Part shown: positions 53,101 to 62,998 of the stretch, in pieces
Numbering within the stretch: position 1 is the stretch's first letter
Layout of the letters: each line of letters starts with the position of its first letter
NCBI GenBank assembly: GCA_000002445.1
Contig: CM000207.1
Coordinates: forward strand, 1,920,001 to 1,984,000
DNA length: 64,000 nt
Direction: 5' to 3'
Source: Trypanosoma brucei
Taxonomy: Eukaryota
Notes under the pieces: generated by a model
What the model saw: the letters and a program-made list of their open reading frames with translations, nothing else
The model's database searches: none
What the model was told of the DNA's origin: nothing
Program-made: the position numbers and the translations under genes

Positions 53101-53332
53101 CTTTAATGGTCTGCTTAGTTACCGTGCGAAGTCCAACTCTGTTGTGACCATGAACTATGAACAATTTGAGGCAGCATTGGAGGGGACATGGGAGGAGGCG
53201 GTGGAGGGAAAACTTTTCATCCGGTACCTTGTTTCTGGATGTGGTTTCAACAAAACCGAGGAACTTTCAACAAAGGAATTGGCATGTGTCGCGACGAGTA
53301 TGTGGAGTTCACACATGTGGAAGAGTATGTAA
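50153..53332 (+). CDS. Large hypothetical protein of about 1059 aa with a heptad-rich coiled-coil segment of about 120 aa
   Basis: Long ATG-initiated ORF; the ORF track start at 50090 is GTG. The coiled-coil stretch is LRENAALRLEVNLGNTRDNLARLRQELENFREAVTYYENEVSRLERENERY.... No catalytic motif recognised. Confidence 0.6.
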   Translation: MDGCVNYSAAGGSNEAGRVHSSRFQNVRRVVSSDVNVTSIGGLPAIQNASGQRETPSQNPLSLNASESKARANRIMIQERWRSVLLEYEVGLKELVTNSMEEPPSAIRTMKTFQLYDSVTRAVAQQSPEFGNMLRMFRMEFCRAIFTQPTLTASYLHPEDEGSGQSEELGATYFDQTEMLLRENAALRLEVNLGNTRDNLARLRQELENFREAVTYYENEVSRLERENERYAASYVTARDELTSEREKNRKIKNEFDDVRLRLLQENKDLHLRICRLRKCLSDNESVFVKDAYKVIKDKRMTLLQGLFEQGDERVVLLVMLSQLESRMNELLDQYDRDVLFGDYAGEYEQCRRTLGVVALLIEEMHLCEQRYMQLLPRDGKLINDEQDETDVFASLLSDPRMYEALVARLCIRQGGSSKTTPQLLKLVDDALPDGPEVRMSLAVYKGAQTTSPAESNTQNSVSAVREMDDTVAQVPAPSRKVSILYSHDGNPDTSSNTIPNDSFCHLRTASSPDDSEEAAKRKSEGEAGEPQKPPIIQKLGGKKFPLEMPQSFVDLPEEMFEEAKRKQEEWVANILLTSDEGDQLLQRVKAGGASSSHLTKGEQLMRHFLMKPMLDVSANKFHCGIDVFTGPAQHTQALLCSVNHVDPVEPFAVPQGTRFMHIKYRNVLREEAVVKGDDSSNNLSVSEALEEWGGKTIFTRVDCAHEQNKNEVAEMLSKSHLFGELKPSNYSKSLLKGVMASSSTSPATAVFLRLNPLSPNRSPEWLLYQNMFGGYRPITPRLIDVSTIGHILLNSCERHFQRAEERYLRCLEQTKTRATNSEMVRMLVESVFRESYVLTEFQESFVKELESRYCYPELVAKTMYEILCYFDATMAAQPLVDLYLSCIRGFESPTRIHYITYVMHQISANWPSSNPEEAIEKEDVLTLLEHVYKRASGVISMGPSEIISEYQLATHSAPITLNALRGYLVTIMLHYEDPLSLYFNGLLSYRAKSNSVVTMNYEQFEAALEGTWEEAVEGKLFIRYLVSGCGFNKTEELSTKELACVATSMWSSHMWKSM

Positions 53333-53365
53333 AGTGGCGGAGGTTTTGGTCGTCGTGAGGATGGG

Positions 53366-53383
53366 TGTTGTTTGTTGTTGTTG

Positions 53384-53413
<30 letters not shown>
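53366..53413. repeat. (GTT)n(GT)14 compound microsatellite
   Basis: gttgtttgttgttgttgttgtgtgtgtgtgtgtgtgtgtgtgtgtgtg. Confidence 0.9.
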
Positions 53414-53414
<1 letters not shown>

Positions 53415-53977
53415 GCGCTTTTGTTGGGGTGGGATTTGTGATGCTGGTTGCCGGAGGAGATTCAGCCGTTACTTTCTTTATGTAGAGTTACAGTGAAATG
53501 GGCTTTTATCGTGTCCTAGGGCTGTATTGTGAACAATAAAACTGCGAACCCCCGGTTGTAGGTGCTTGTTCTAGACTCCTTATCTTACCCGAAGCAAATT
53601 CACCGGTATCTTTCCTTGTTGTAGTTTTAAAGTTTTCGCCAGCATGAGTATGGAGGAAGGGGGCTTTGTCTCTACCATATTGGTTAATGTTTTTCGTATA
53701 TATATATATATTGTTTCCTGTACTACACGAAGTTGTATGTTGCGCTAAACTTGTTGTTCGCTGGAATAAACTACATATTTTTTTTATACTTTGTCATTAC
53801 CCCCCCCTTCTGCACGAAGAACCTTACACGCATATGCAGACAGTGCTACAGATAGTAAAGGACCACAAGTGACTCACTTGAATACCGCGTATAACCATAG
53901 AGTAGTGTACGTATCATCATACATTTAAATTGCGTCCTGGAATTATATGCGAGGTCAGCCTTAAAGGCAAGGAAAGA

Positions 53978-55573
53978 ATGACTTCTCACAACATAGTGAT
54001 GAGGCAAAGGACACTAAATGAGTTTTTCCCTCAAACCCCTTCAGCGGCTGGCACACACGGTAGAACAATAGTGCTGCCATGGCAGGAAAAAAGAGATGAA
54101 AACAACTCGCCGCATGGTTACATAGGCTGGGATATCGTAACTGCAGCTCTAATGGAGTCGGATACGACAGACACATCAAGCCTCAGAATACTTCTTCAGG
54201 TGCTTTATACGCGGAAAATTATTTCTGAAACTCGTCAGGTGCTGTGCTTTGGGGTACTTTGTCATGTTCTCGATCACGTCATGACTGCTGAAGAACGTGT
54301 GCAGTTTTTTTGTTTCACTTTACCCTGGATGAAGCGCGCCGTACTCCGGGGACCTGAGTTGTTTCCCCAAGAGATTCCTATTTTATCACAGAGTGATACC
54401 CATCGTTTGCTGTTCACACATGAAGAGGCCTCAACACTGCTGGTTTGTGGTTTTTTCTCCCTTTTCCAGGGAAGATCTCAGGTGCATAAATTTGGAAGCT
54501 CTACTGGGCTACACAAACTTTCTTCCTTTAACTTTGTGCGCCTTCTTTGCAATGAAAAGCCTGATCGGTTTAGCAGTCAATGTGCGAAGGTGCAGTGTTT
54601 ACTACAGTATTTTAGATATTGCGCTCGTTGCACGAAGGAAGTGTGGCCGTGCGTGGAGATCTATCGCGTTGCACGTACATCCTTTCCTGACTTTGAAAGA
54701 AGCACCCGCGCTATGGAGCCTGTCGTAATTTCCGAAAACTTGCTCATTGAAGAGAGTTATACGAACTTACAAGTGGATTTCGCCAACCGGTGTATCGGGG
54801 GTGGTGTTTTGTCTTCTGGTTGTCTCCAAGAGGAGATACGCTTCGTCACATCTCCGGAGCTACTTCTTTCTTGTCTCGTTTGTGAGGAGCTGTTAGACAA
54901 TGAAGTGGTGTTTGTTGCCGGCGCCGCGTCCTACAGTGTTACGGAGGGTTATGCGAAGACTTTCCGTTATATTAGCGGGTGTACACCGGACATTATTCCT
55001 TTAAGTGGCCGGATGTTCAGGGTGGATTCATGCGAACAAGGGATGCATGTAGATAAAGTGCCTGTTAAGCTAGTTGGGAGAAATGATGAGGCTCCAAGGT
55101 TTGTGCGCAACACGTGTATAGTGGCCATGGACGCAGTCGATTTCAGTGATGCCGTGGACAACCAATTTCGTAAGGATTTTATAATCCGTGAAACCCATAA
55201 AGCTTTTGTGGCATTCAAAGGAATTCCTGACAGCACTCTATCATCCGTGCACTCTGGTCCTATTGCGACGGGGAACTGGGGCTGCGGTGCCTTTGGTGGC
55301 GATAGAGAACTTAAACTGTTATTACAGTGGTGTGCGGCCTCTCAGGCAGGACGACCGTTAATTTATTCCGCGTTCGGTGATATTGCGTTATGCAATGGTT
55401 TTCATAAAGTTTACAAGAAGCTACGCGAAGAGGAATGGACCGTAGGGGAGGTTTTTACTATGATTCTGTTCTGCTCCAGCATGTTTCCGAGACCACGCAA
55501 CCAGTTGTTTGAGTGCTTCCTCACAATGCCGTGGTGTCGCCTTCCTCTGGGCACACATCTGGTGTTAATTTAG
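53978..55573 (+). CDS. PARG: Poly(ADP-ribose) glycohydrolase (PARG)
   Basis: PARG catalytic signature GGG-x7-QEE (IGGGVLSSGCLQEEIRF) and TGNWGCGAFGGD. The first ATG is 53978; the ORF track start at 53930 is TTG. Confidence 0.85.
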   Translation: MTSHNIVMRQRTLNEFFPQTPSAAGTHGRTIVLPWQEKRDENNSPHGYIGWDIVTAALMESDTTDTSSLRILLQVLYTRKIISETRQVLCFGVLCHVLDHVMTAEERVQFFCFTLPWMKRAVLRGPELFPQEIPILSQSDTHRLLFTHEEASTLLVCGFFSLFQGRSQVHKFGSSTGLHKLSSFNFVRLLCNEKPDRFSSQCAKVQCLLQYFRYCARCTKEVWPCVEIYRVARTSFPDFERSTRAMEPVVISENLLIEESYTNLQVDFANRCIGGGVLSSGCLQEEIRFVTSPELLLSCLVCEELLDNEVVFVAGAASYSVTEGYAKTFRYISGCTPDIIPLSGRMFRVDSCEQGMHVDKVPVKLVGRNDEAPRFVRNTCIVAMDAVDFSDAVDNQFRKDFIIRETHKAFVAFKGIPDSTLSSVHSGPIATGNWGCGAFGGDRELKLLLQWCAASQAGRPLIYSAFGDIALCNGFHKVYKKLREEEWTVGEVFTMILFCSSMFPRPRNQLFECFLTMPWCRLPLGTHLVLI

Positions 55574-55816
55574 AAAAGATGAGAATTGTGGGACGGGTAA
55601 ATTGGTGGCATTGTTCGTGTAACTTCATTTCTGTTATTTTCATTTTCTTTTTGCGCGTGTCTGTGTGTGCATCTCCATGAACTTTGTATTGTTATTCTTC
55701 TTTCTATTTCTGTTTGTTTGTTTCTTTTTTTTTTTTGTGACTATCGCAGCCTCATAGTTTGTTGAATACTTCTGCATAAGTATATTATTAGGAGCATAAT
55801 TCAAGCATACACCATT

Positions 55817-56191
55817 ATGCAAACAGATTTTGGAGATGCCACTACTTTTTCCCTGAGGCCGGACCACAAGCGGAAGTTCCGACCGAATGATATCCGCCCA
55901 GTTGTTCGTAGCCTTCTTGAATCGAGGCTTGAGAATGAAGTTTACAAGGCGGACGAGATGCAGAGCATTAGCAAAGAAATTGCTGACGGCGTCCGTGATC
56001 GGATTCGGTCTATGGAACTTGAGCGATACAAAATAATGGTGCATTGTATGATCGGGGAGCAACGTGGGCAGGGACTTCGCGCTGGTTGCAAAATGTTTTG
56101 GGATTCTGATACGGATGACTACTTTGAGGAGGTTTACGTGACTCAACATCTCTTTGCTGTGGTGACGGTATTCGGCCTCTATCAATATTAA
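55817..56191 (+). CDS. Tctex-1 family dynein light chain (124 aa)
   Basis: C-terminal FWDSDTDDYFEEVYVTQHLFAVVTVFGL matches the Tctex1 CFWDSSTDG...VSAFGL block. The size is typical of the family. Confidence 0.72.
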   Translation: MQTDFGDATTFSLRPDHKRKFRPNDIRPVVRSLLESRLENEVYKADEMQSISKEIADGVRDRIRSMELERYKIMVHCMIGEQRGQGLRAGCKMFWDSDTDDYFEEVYVTQHLFAVVTVFGLYQY

Positions 56192-57011
56192 AAGGCGGAT
56201 TGATCGCTGGCCGGGAAAGGACAGGGATTTTGGAACCAACGCTATGCATCACTTTGGGACAACTCTTCCACCGTGTCTATTCGCTCAGGTCCATATCTTT
56301 CCTTATTTTATTACCTCTTCTTTCTGTTCGCTTACTTTATATTCTTTCCCATATTCCATGGGTAGGAGATTATCCGTGTGTAAATATATGTGTATGTTTT
56401 GAAAAAAAAAAATGACCGGTTTCCCCTCAGCAAGGTGTGGCATACAACTTGGCATGACATGTTGTATAGTTATGAATGAATGTTGCATCACATGAGGTTT
56501 CCTCTCACTTACTGCCGCACCTCACACACTTCTGGTGGCGAAATGAATTCATAAGAAGGGGAAGTGGGAAATACAGCCGAGAAGGAAAGAAAGGAGGAAT
56601 GGTGATTAAAAAGGGGGGAAGATAACGCCAGTGAGAGCTAGAAGTGTTCGTTATTTCCTGTTTGTTCCTCTCAAGAATGTTTGTGTTTCTTTTTTTCTTT
56701 ACAACTGACTTTTAAAACACTGAGGTTGTCGATGCATCGAAAAATCTTTGCATGCGATATGGCCGTTAGTATTCACGGTGCTTCACCAGACCCCCGCGCA
56801 ATCTGTTTGCGTTATGTTTTTTCACCCTCTTCTATACTTCTTTATTCCTCATTTCCACCGACTAAAGGGTTTGCAGCATCGACGGCAGCAAGATATATAA
56901 CGAAATTCATATCTTATACATAAAATATACATTTATATTTACGCTTAGGTTTTTTTTTAAGAGAAAAAATCATATAGAATTGACGAAGGATATAGAGAGG
57001 GGAATAAAGCG

Positions 57012-58772
57012 ATGCAGAAAAATGCACCCAAGTTTTCCGTCAGTAAATGGAACATCCTACCGGCAAATCGCCGTAGCAAATTTTTCTGGGAAAAACTCAA
57101 TGAATACCTAGAACCTTTGTTGAGCGCCGATTTTCCTCTCATGGATGAGGAGTTTCGCGGTCTCTGTAATGTAGCGAATCAGCCCCCAGGAACGCACCCA
57201 GTTCTTAGCGAAACCCTCATAGCAACAGTGAAGAATTTGCGCAGTTACTGTGAGGGTGTTACGCTATGGAACCCCTTGTCCCTCGCCGCCCATCTCGACA
57301 TACCACCAACTGATGTCATTGAACAATTACTGCTCGCTAAGGAGGCTGGTTTAGTTTCCATGGTCTTTGTTGTTCCCTGTCAGTCATGCGGGTGTGATAT
57401 GTTACGTGCGAACTCAGTGGGTGAAATATGCTTTAGAGCGACATATCATAAAAGCAATGTTATTGACTGCCCAATGTGCACAGATCGTAACGAGGTTGAC
57501 AACCTCGCCAGGGTTGCCGTGTACTTTCAAGATGCCACACCCTTACCCCTGTTATCGCGAAAATTTCATCGTTTGTTTTATAGTCAGGAAGTGGTGCGGC
57601 GGTGCTTGGAAACAGTGTTTTGCCCACAAGATTGTGCTTTCATGTTTAACATGAGACTGCCTGAAGGAACGTTCCTAATCATTGCCCCCGGTTTGGGTGT
57701 GATTGTTCAGTTGGAGGTAGAGACTGGCGCGCAGTTCTTGGAGCGCAACCGTCCGTATCATGATGTTCGGCTTTTGCTATCAAAGTTCGTAACTGAAAAT
57801 AACTCAGATTCTGCTGAAACCGCCAATGTGGCTCAAGATCGAAATATAATTAAGGTGAAGCATGGTAAACTGTCCTTCCGTGTGTTTAACGATACACAGC
57901 ATGCAACCTTCTTGGATATTTGCATAGCTTTCGATGTACGACTGGAATTCTTGTCTCCGAAGAAGCCCGTAGTTACGACCGTGCCGATGCTCCTCCACCA
58001 CTCGACGCGGGGCCTGCGCTCCCCCTTGTTTTATCTGTTTACTCCAGCACCACCAGGTGTGAGGACGAGCGGTGTTTACGTGCTGCATTCCTTTGAAATG
58101 CCGAACCAGGACATGGAGGAAGTAATTTTGTCTGGTAGTGACTCTACCGTCGCTGTCATACGTGAGGTCCACCGCTATTCGTTAGAGGACCATAGTGGCC
58201 TTTTACTATCTGTAGGCGTCGGTGGTGCAACTTTCGAGTCATCCTTTATGTCCTACACCGCCGCCTTGGCCTCCTCGTTGTGCTTTGCACAACGCTTAGT
58301 AACTCGACTTGGCAATGACATCGCAGGAGCTCTGTCCTGCAGCATCACTGCAGGTGAGCTTTATATGGCTTCCTTTAAGGGACAGTATGATGATGACGAA
58401 AACGAACGTTCCGCTTACCCTAGTGTGCAGATTATTGGACCTGCGGTGTATGCAGGACATCATCCACCGCCTGCCGTAGATCCACCCTGCACGAACGAGC
58501 TAATGCAAAAATACACTCGTAACGTTCGCTTTGAAATGCGCGTGGTATCAGACGACAATACAGGCGTTTGTCTCAAGTCCCTCGCCGCAGATGAGATGTT
58601 GGATCCGTTTCTGACTTACATGCAGGAAAACTTTGTGGGAGTGGAAATAAAGGAAGAGCCACAAGCATTAGTTGTTGTTGTTCCACTAGATACGCTCAAT
58701 GCAAAGGTGAAACTTGCTTCCTTAGTGGACTCAACAACATATACTAAGGAAATACATGGCCCCTTTGGTTAG
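57012..58772 (+). CDS. Hypothetical protein of 586 aa with a CxxC...CxxC cluster (CQSCGCD...CPMC)
   Basis: ATG-initiated long ORF co-oriented with its neighbours. No confident family assignment. Confidence 0.55.
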   Translation: MQKNAPKFSVSKWNILPANRRSKFFWEKLNEYLEPLLSADFPLMDEEFRGLCNVANQPPGTHPVLSETLIATVKNLRSYCEGVTLWNPLSLAAHLDIPPTDVIEQLLLAKEAGLVSMVFVVPCQSCGCDMLRANSVGEICFRATYHKSNVIDCPMCTDRNEVDNLARVAVYFQDATPLPLLSRKFHRLFYSQEVVRRCLETVFCPQDCAFMFNMRLPEGTFLIIAPGLGVIVQLEVETGAQFLERNRPYHDVRLLLSKFVTENNSDSAETANVAQDRNIIKVKHGKLSFRVFNDTQHATFLDICIAFDVRLEFLSPKKPVVTTVPMLLHHSTRGLRSPLFYLFTPAPPGVRTSGVYVLHSFEMPNQDMEEVILSGSDSTVAVIREVHRYSLEDHSGLLLSVGVGGATFESSFMSYTAALASSLCFAQRLVTRLGNDIAGALSCSITAGELYMASFKGQYDDDENERSAYPSVQIIGPAVYAGHHPPPAVDPPCTNELMQKYTRNVRFEMRVVSDDNTGVCLKSLAADEMLDPFLTYMQENFVGVEIKEEPQALVVVVPLDTLNAKVKLASLVDSTTYTKEIHGPFG

Positions 58773-60291
58773 GAGGAATCTTGACTAGAGTATTATGTGA
58801 AAGGTTCGAGTATGAACTTTGGCGAACACATGTAACCATGTAAATATAGAAGTAAACAGAGAAGGAGAACAAGGGAGGGAAACGGAAAGGAAAAGGGAAG
58901 CAAAGAAAAAAAGAAAGAGGAAGGGTGTATAGAAAGTGCCGAGCGATGACAGAAGGGGGGTAATTATTTATAAATGGATGAACGCACCAACCTTCTGTTC
59001 GGGAAGAAAATAGTAAAAGAAGGAAAAGGGGTGAGGAAAGGAAGTGGCGACGTGCGAAGTCGAACCTAGTAAATTGGTGCTTGGGGGGAGCTGTTGGAGA
59101 CGCAACAAATCGATGCAATCAGCCACTTTTCCCCTCCCTTTCGTCTTACTCAGAAACGCGGGCAGCTTTTTGTCTCCTCGAATGCTCAACTAAATTCGGG
59201 TTGCTATCTACGTTTGGTGAATGGGCTGCTTTTGAGGCGATAAAATGGAAAACATTTCTTTTCGATGGTGGTTTAATTTTCTTTGTTTTACTTTATTATT
59301 ATTATTTTTTTTTGTCGTTATTGTCTTATGCGGCTGTGCGTTCTTCCGCATGATGCACAAGTTTTGTGGCATCATATCCATGCTACCTTGCGCGGACCTG
59401 TGGAATACAAACACAGACCGGCGTCCCCATATCTTCCGCAAAGAATAAAAAAAGAGAACAAAAGGGAACAAATCAATAAAATGAGAAGAGGAGGAAAAGT
59501 GTAAAGCCAAAGAGGAGAAGGGTCACAACATTAATAATAGTAAAAATAGCTTGACAACAGTTTTTTTTTACTATTTTCTTCTTTCCATGCCGGTGGAAAA
59601 CGTTATAGACAGGGATGCAGCGTTACGGACCAAAAACCTTAACAATGATTTGAAAGATATCTATACGTTTACGATGAAACACAAAAAAATAAGGTGTGCA
59701 AACGAGAGAAAAGTGGCACTGGTGCCTTTCTGCTTTTTCTCTTCACATTACTTTTCATACCTTAACTTTCTCTTTTTTACACTTTTTTATTTAAAAAAAA
59801 ATGGTAAAACAATTTTTTCATTTCCTTCGTCACTGTTGTTGTTGTCTGTGGCTGCGACGCCTATCATGCAGCTTGAAGAATCATTTTTCTTCAAAAAAAA
59901 AATGAAGCTCACTTTCTAAAAAAAGAAAAAAAATCCTCTTTCTACATCTGACTAAAATATGGATCATCATTTTTTTTTCTTACCTTCCTGTTGCTAACCT
60001 TTTGAAATGCATGTATTTTTTTTATTTGTATGTGTATCGATGCGTTATTATCTTTGTATACGGATGCTCATTTAACTTTCGCAATTTTCTTTCATTAATT
60101 TTAGCTGTTGGGGTGGAGGGAAGGGGGCGGTTTTACAATTATTTTAATAGTAGGTGAGAAGAAGTGTGCTTAGGAAGTCACACCATTTGCATGGTGGAGG
60201 CGACCCCAACAGTGTGACGGTGTGTACAAGATATTGACGGCAAAACCGTGGCGTTTTATAGGAGAAAAAAAGCAGAAAGGATTGAAGAAAA

Positions 60292-62052
60292 ATGCACTGG
60301 CCGCACGGAAAATGCGGTATAGTGCTAACGGTAAGGTTACCACTGTTGATGGTGGATGCTATGCCCCGGAAGAACTTTCTGCGTGCACCTCTTTCACATT
60401 CATTTATGCATATCGGTTTTGCAATTATGTCGCAACGGCGTTGGCAATCGACCATAGGTGAGCAACGGCCCACCGCACGTCGCTCAAAGAATGCCTACAG
60501 CCATCCTTTGGCGCCCAAAGATCCCGCTTCCCGCAACATCGTTGTTCCGGATGCTGTTCACGCAAAGGTGGGCTCACCAGATACGCTTCCCGCCGAGATA
60601 TTGCAGAAACGGGCACAACGCGCCTTACTCATGCAGTTGCAGCAGAATGTTATATGGGAAGGTACAGTAATAAGTGACGAACGGCACCATCTCATACAGC
60701 ATTTCGTCAAACTTCGCCAAAACCCAAAATACCGCTCGTCGAAACAAATGATGGTTGTTGGGGGCAGGCATTTGCTGCACGAACTGCACAAGCGAGGGTA
60801 CACACCGAGACATCTGCTCGTCCGTGAGGGACAGCAAAAACCGAAGTGGGCAACGAATACGGGGGTTAAAACGGAAATTATTCGGGTGGACCGACACGTA
60901 GCCGATGTCTGCTCCCCCGGTAACGATGGTTTCATAGGTGACTTTGATATCCCAAAGCCACCCCCAAAGGAAAGTCTCATAGCAAACAAGCAGAGGTTTG
61001 ATCGCGTACTTGTGCTTGACAACGTGGATGATCCCGGTCTTCTTGGTACAGTGTTACGTACAGCGGCCGGGTTTCACTATGACGCGGTTATAGCGACAAA
61101 TCATTGTGCAGATTTATACGATCATCGGGTGATTCGCGCAGCTCGCGGTGCCCATTTCCAAAAGGCCGTTCCCATTTATACGTTGAAGGAGGAAGATGGA
61201 GATAACGTGTACGGAATGTTGAACCACATTCTGCAAAGAAACGATTTGTCACCCGTCTGCTTTGCAGCGAGGGATGATAACGACGCAACTGACGAACTAG
61301 GTGACCTTGTCAGACAGTTACGGTCTGGTTGCGCTCAGCCCAAATCGCGGACCTCACCTTGCGGATCCCCAGCGGTAAAGCGGGAAACACTTAGTGATTA
61401 CTGTCGCAATAACTTTACTAAAAGCGATGCGAAGGGTCAACTTCTCATGGTTGGGCCCAATCACAAACGTAATTCAGTTCGGCGTTGGTCAAAACAACTT
61501 AGCATACCAGTGACCCAATTGCTTCTGGACGAAGTATCGCAGACTGATGCTCTCATCGCCTTTTCTGTTGTGCTTCACGCCCTGCGGCCACATGGTAATT
61601 GGGACTACCTTCCCCTTCACAACAACCAGGAGCAACAGGAGACAGCTTCATTGGAACTTCAGGGGATGAAGGCCTCTGTGGATATTGGACCCAATCGGTT
61701 CGATTTAAATGAGAAGGATCTTAGCCTTGATGAAGAAGAGCAAGTGGAGAAAGCGCGGCTAGATAACGAATTGATGCGCTGGCGACGCCTACAACGTGCA
61801 CAAGGAAGTGACTATGACCATTGGATGGAGGCGGAGACGCGGCGCATCCAAGAGATGGCATCTAACGAGAGCCGCAAGCAAGTTAGTCCCTGGGCACGGC
61901 TTCGAACGCGCTGGCAGAAGGGTGCAGCAGGGATGCCGCCGTGGGTCCCGAATATTGTTGATGAGTATCGCACGCCACTTGACAGAGATGCTTTACGGGT
62001 AGAAAGGGAGGTAAGCGAGTCTCATGTTAGACCGGAGAATTACGACAGGTGA
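60292..62052 (+). CDS. SpoU/TrmH-class RNA 2'-O-methyltransferase (MRM1-like) with long insertions and a charged C-terminal tail
   Basis: SPOUT motif 1 VLVLDNVDDPGLLGTVLRTAAGFHYDAVIAT...IRAARGAHFQ. Basic N-terminus consistent with organellar targeting. Confidence 0.65.
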   Translation: MHWPHGKCGIVLTVRLPLLMVDAMPRKNFLRAPLSHSFMHIGFAIMSQRRWQSTIGEQRPTARRSKNAYSHPLAPKDPASRNIVVPDAVHAKVGSPDTLPAEILQKRAQRALLMQLQQNVIWEGTVISDERHHLIQHFVKLRQNPKYRSSKQMMVVGGRHLLHELHKRGYTPRHLLVREGQQKPKWATNTGVKTEIIRVDRHVADVCSPGNDGFIGDFDIPKPPPKESLIANKQRFDRVLVLDNVDDPGLLGTVLRTAAGFHYDAVIATNHCADLYDHRVIRAARGAHFQKAVPIYTLKEEDGDNVYGMLNHILQRNDLSPVCFAARDDNDATDELGDLVRQLRSGCAQPKSRTSPCGSPAVKRETLSDYCRNNFTKSDAKGQLLMVGPNHKRNSVRRWSKQLSIPVTQLLLDEVSQTDALIAFSVVLHALRPHGNWDYLPLHNNQEQQETASLELQGMKASVDIGPNRFDLNEKDLSLDEEEQVEKARLDNELMRWRRLQRAQGSDYDHWMEAETRRIQEMASNESRKQVSPWARLRTRWQKGAAGMPPWVPNIVDEYRTPLDRDALRVEREVSESHVRPENYDR

Positions 62053-62255
62053 GCGAGCGAATAATTTGATGAATGTGGTGTGGTGTGTTGAGGGTTGCGT
62101 GATAACTTAAATGGGTTGACAACACAAGAGCTTCTGGACCTCACTTATATCTATCACGAATAGAGAACCAATTGTTTGATTTGTCCTTATTTGTAGCTTT
62201 TCAGCCATTTCGCTTCTGTTGTTATTGCTCTCTGAGTTGTTTATAGAAGGTGCCA

Positions 62256-62678
62256 ATGACGTTGTATTCTATTTACATCTTCAATCGATATGGTGACAAC
62301 ATATTCTACAAGGAGTGGAATCGAACTACGGCGCCTCAGGAGGGTGAGGCGGGGCTTGTAGCTGGATTCATATATACGCTACAGCACTTCTCATCGCAGC
62401 TTTCGTCCTCTGGAGAGGGTGGCTTTTACGCAGTTCGGACTCCGCTTTACAAACTTCATTATAACGAGACAATGACTGGTTATCGCGTTGCACTTCTAAG
62501 TGACAAGGATCTCAAGACAGATGTGGTGCAGAACATCTTGCGTAAGATGTTTAGTGATGTTTTCCAAAGGTACGTAACAAAGGATCCCAACTACAGTCAC
62601 ACGCAGGGTCGTGTAATCACTTCCACAGCGTTTGGGGAAGCCCTGGACCAGTTTTTCCACTCTCAGAAGATCCTTTAG
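62256..62678 (+). CDS. TRAPP complex subunit 1 (Bet5/TRAPPC1), 140 aa
   Basis: MTLYSIYIFNRYGDNIFYKEWNR...YKLHYNETMTGYRVALLSD aligns with Bet5 [23 protein letters not shown]...YKLHYYETPTGIKVVMNTD. The first ATG is 62256; the ORF track start at 62250 is GTG. Confidence 0.78.
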   Translation: MTLYSIYIFNRYGDNIFYKEWNRTTAPQEGEAGLVAGFIYTLQHFSSQLSSSGEGGFYAVRTPLYKLHYNETMTGYRVALLSDKDLKTDVVQNILRKMFSDVFQRYVTKDPNYSHTQGRVITSTAFGEALDQFFHSQKIL

Positions 62679-62998
62679 CTTGCTGTAACTCCGACGCATG
62701 CATCGAGAAAACCGCATGAAATTTTCCAAAGGGAAGGAACACGTGGTTTCGTCCGAAGTTTGAACATTTGAAGTGAAGCGAGGAGACGAGAGAAGTTTGT
62801 GGTGATTCCCCTCTGTCCCCATGCTACCAACACGTGAATGGAACCGTCCGCCATATATAAGGATACTCTTTTTCATCCTTTCTGCTTTGTTGTGCGTTTA
62901 ACGACAAATTATCTACTCACATTCATCGCATCTCCGCTTTTCAACTTCTCCAGTTCTCATCATTTTCGCCAGCAGTAGCTTGGAATTAATATCGTACA

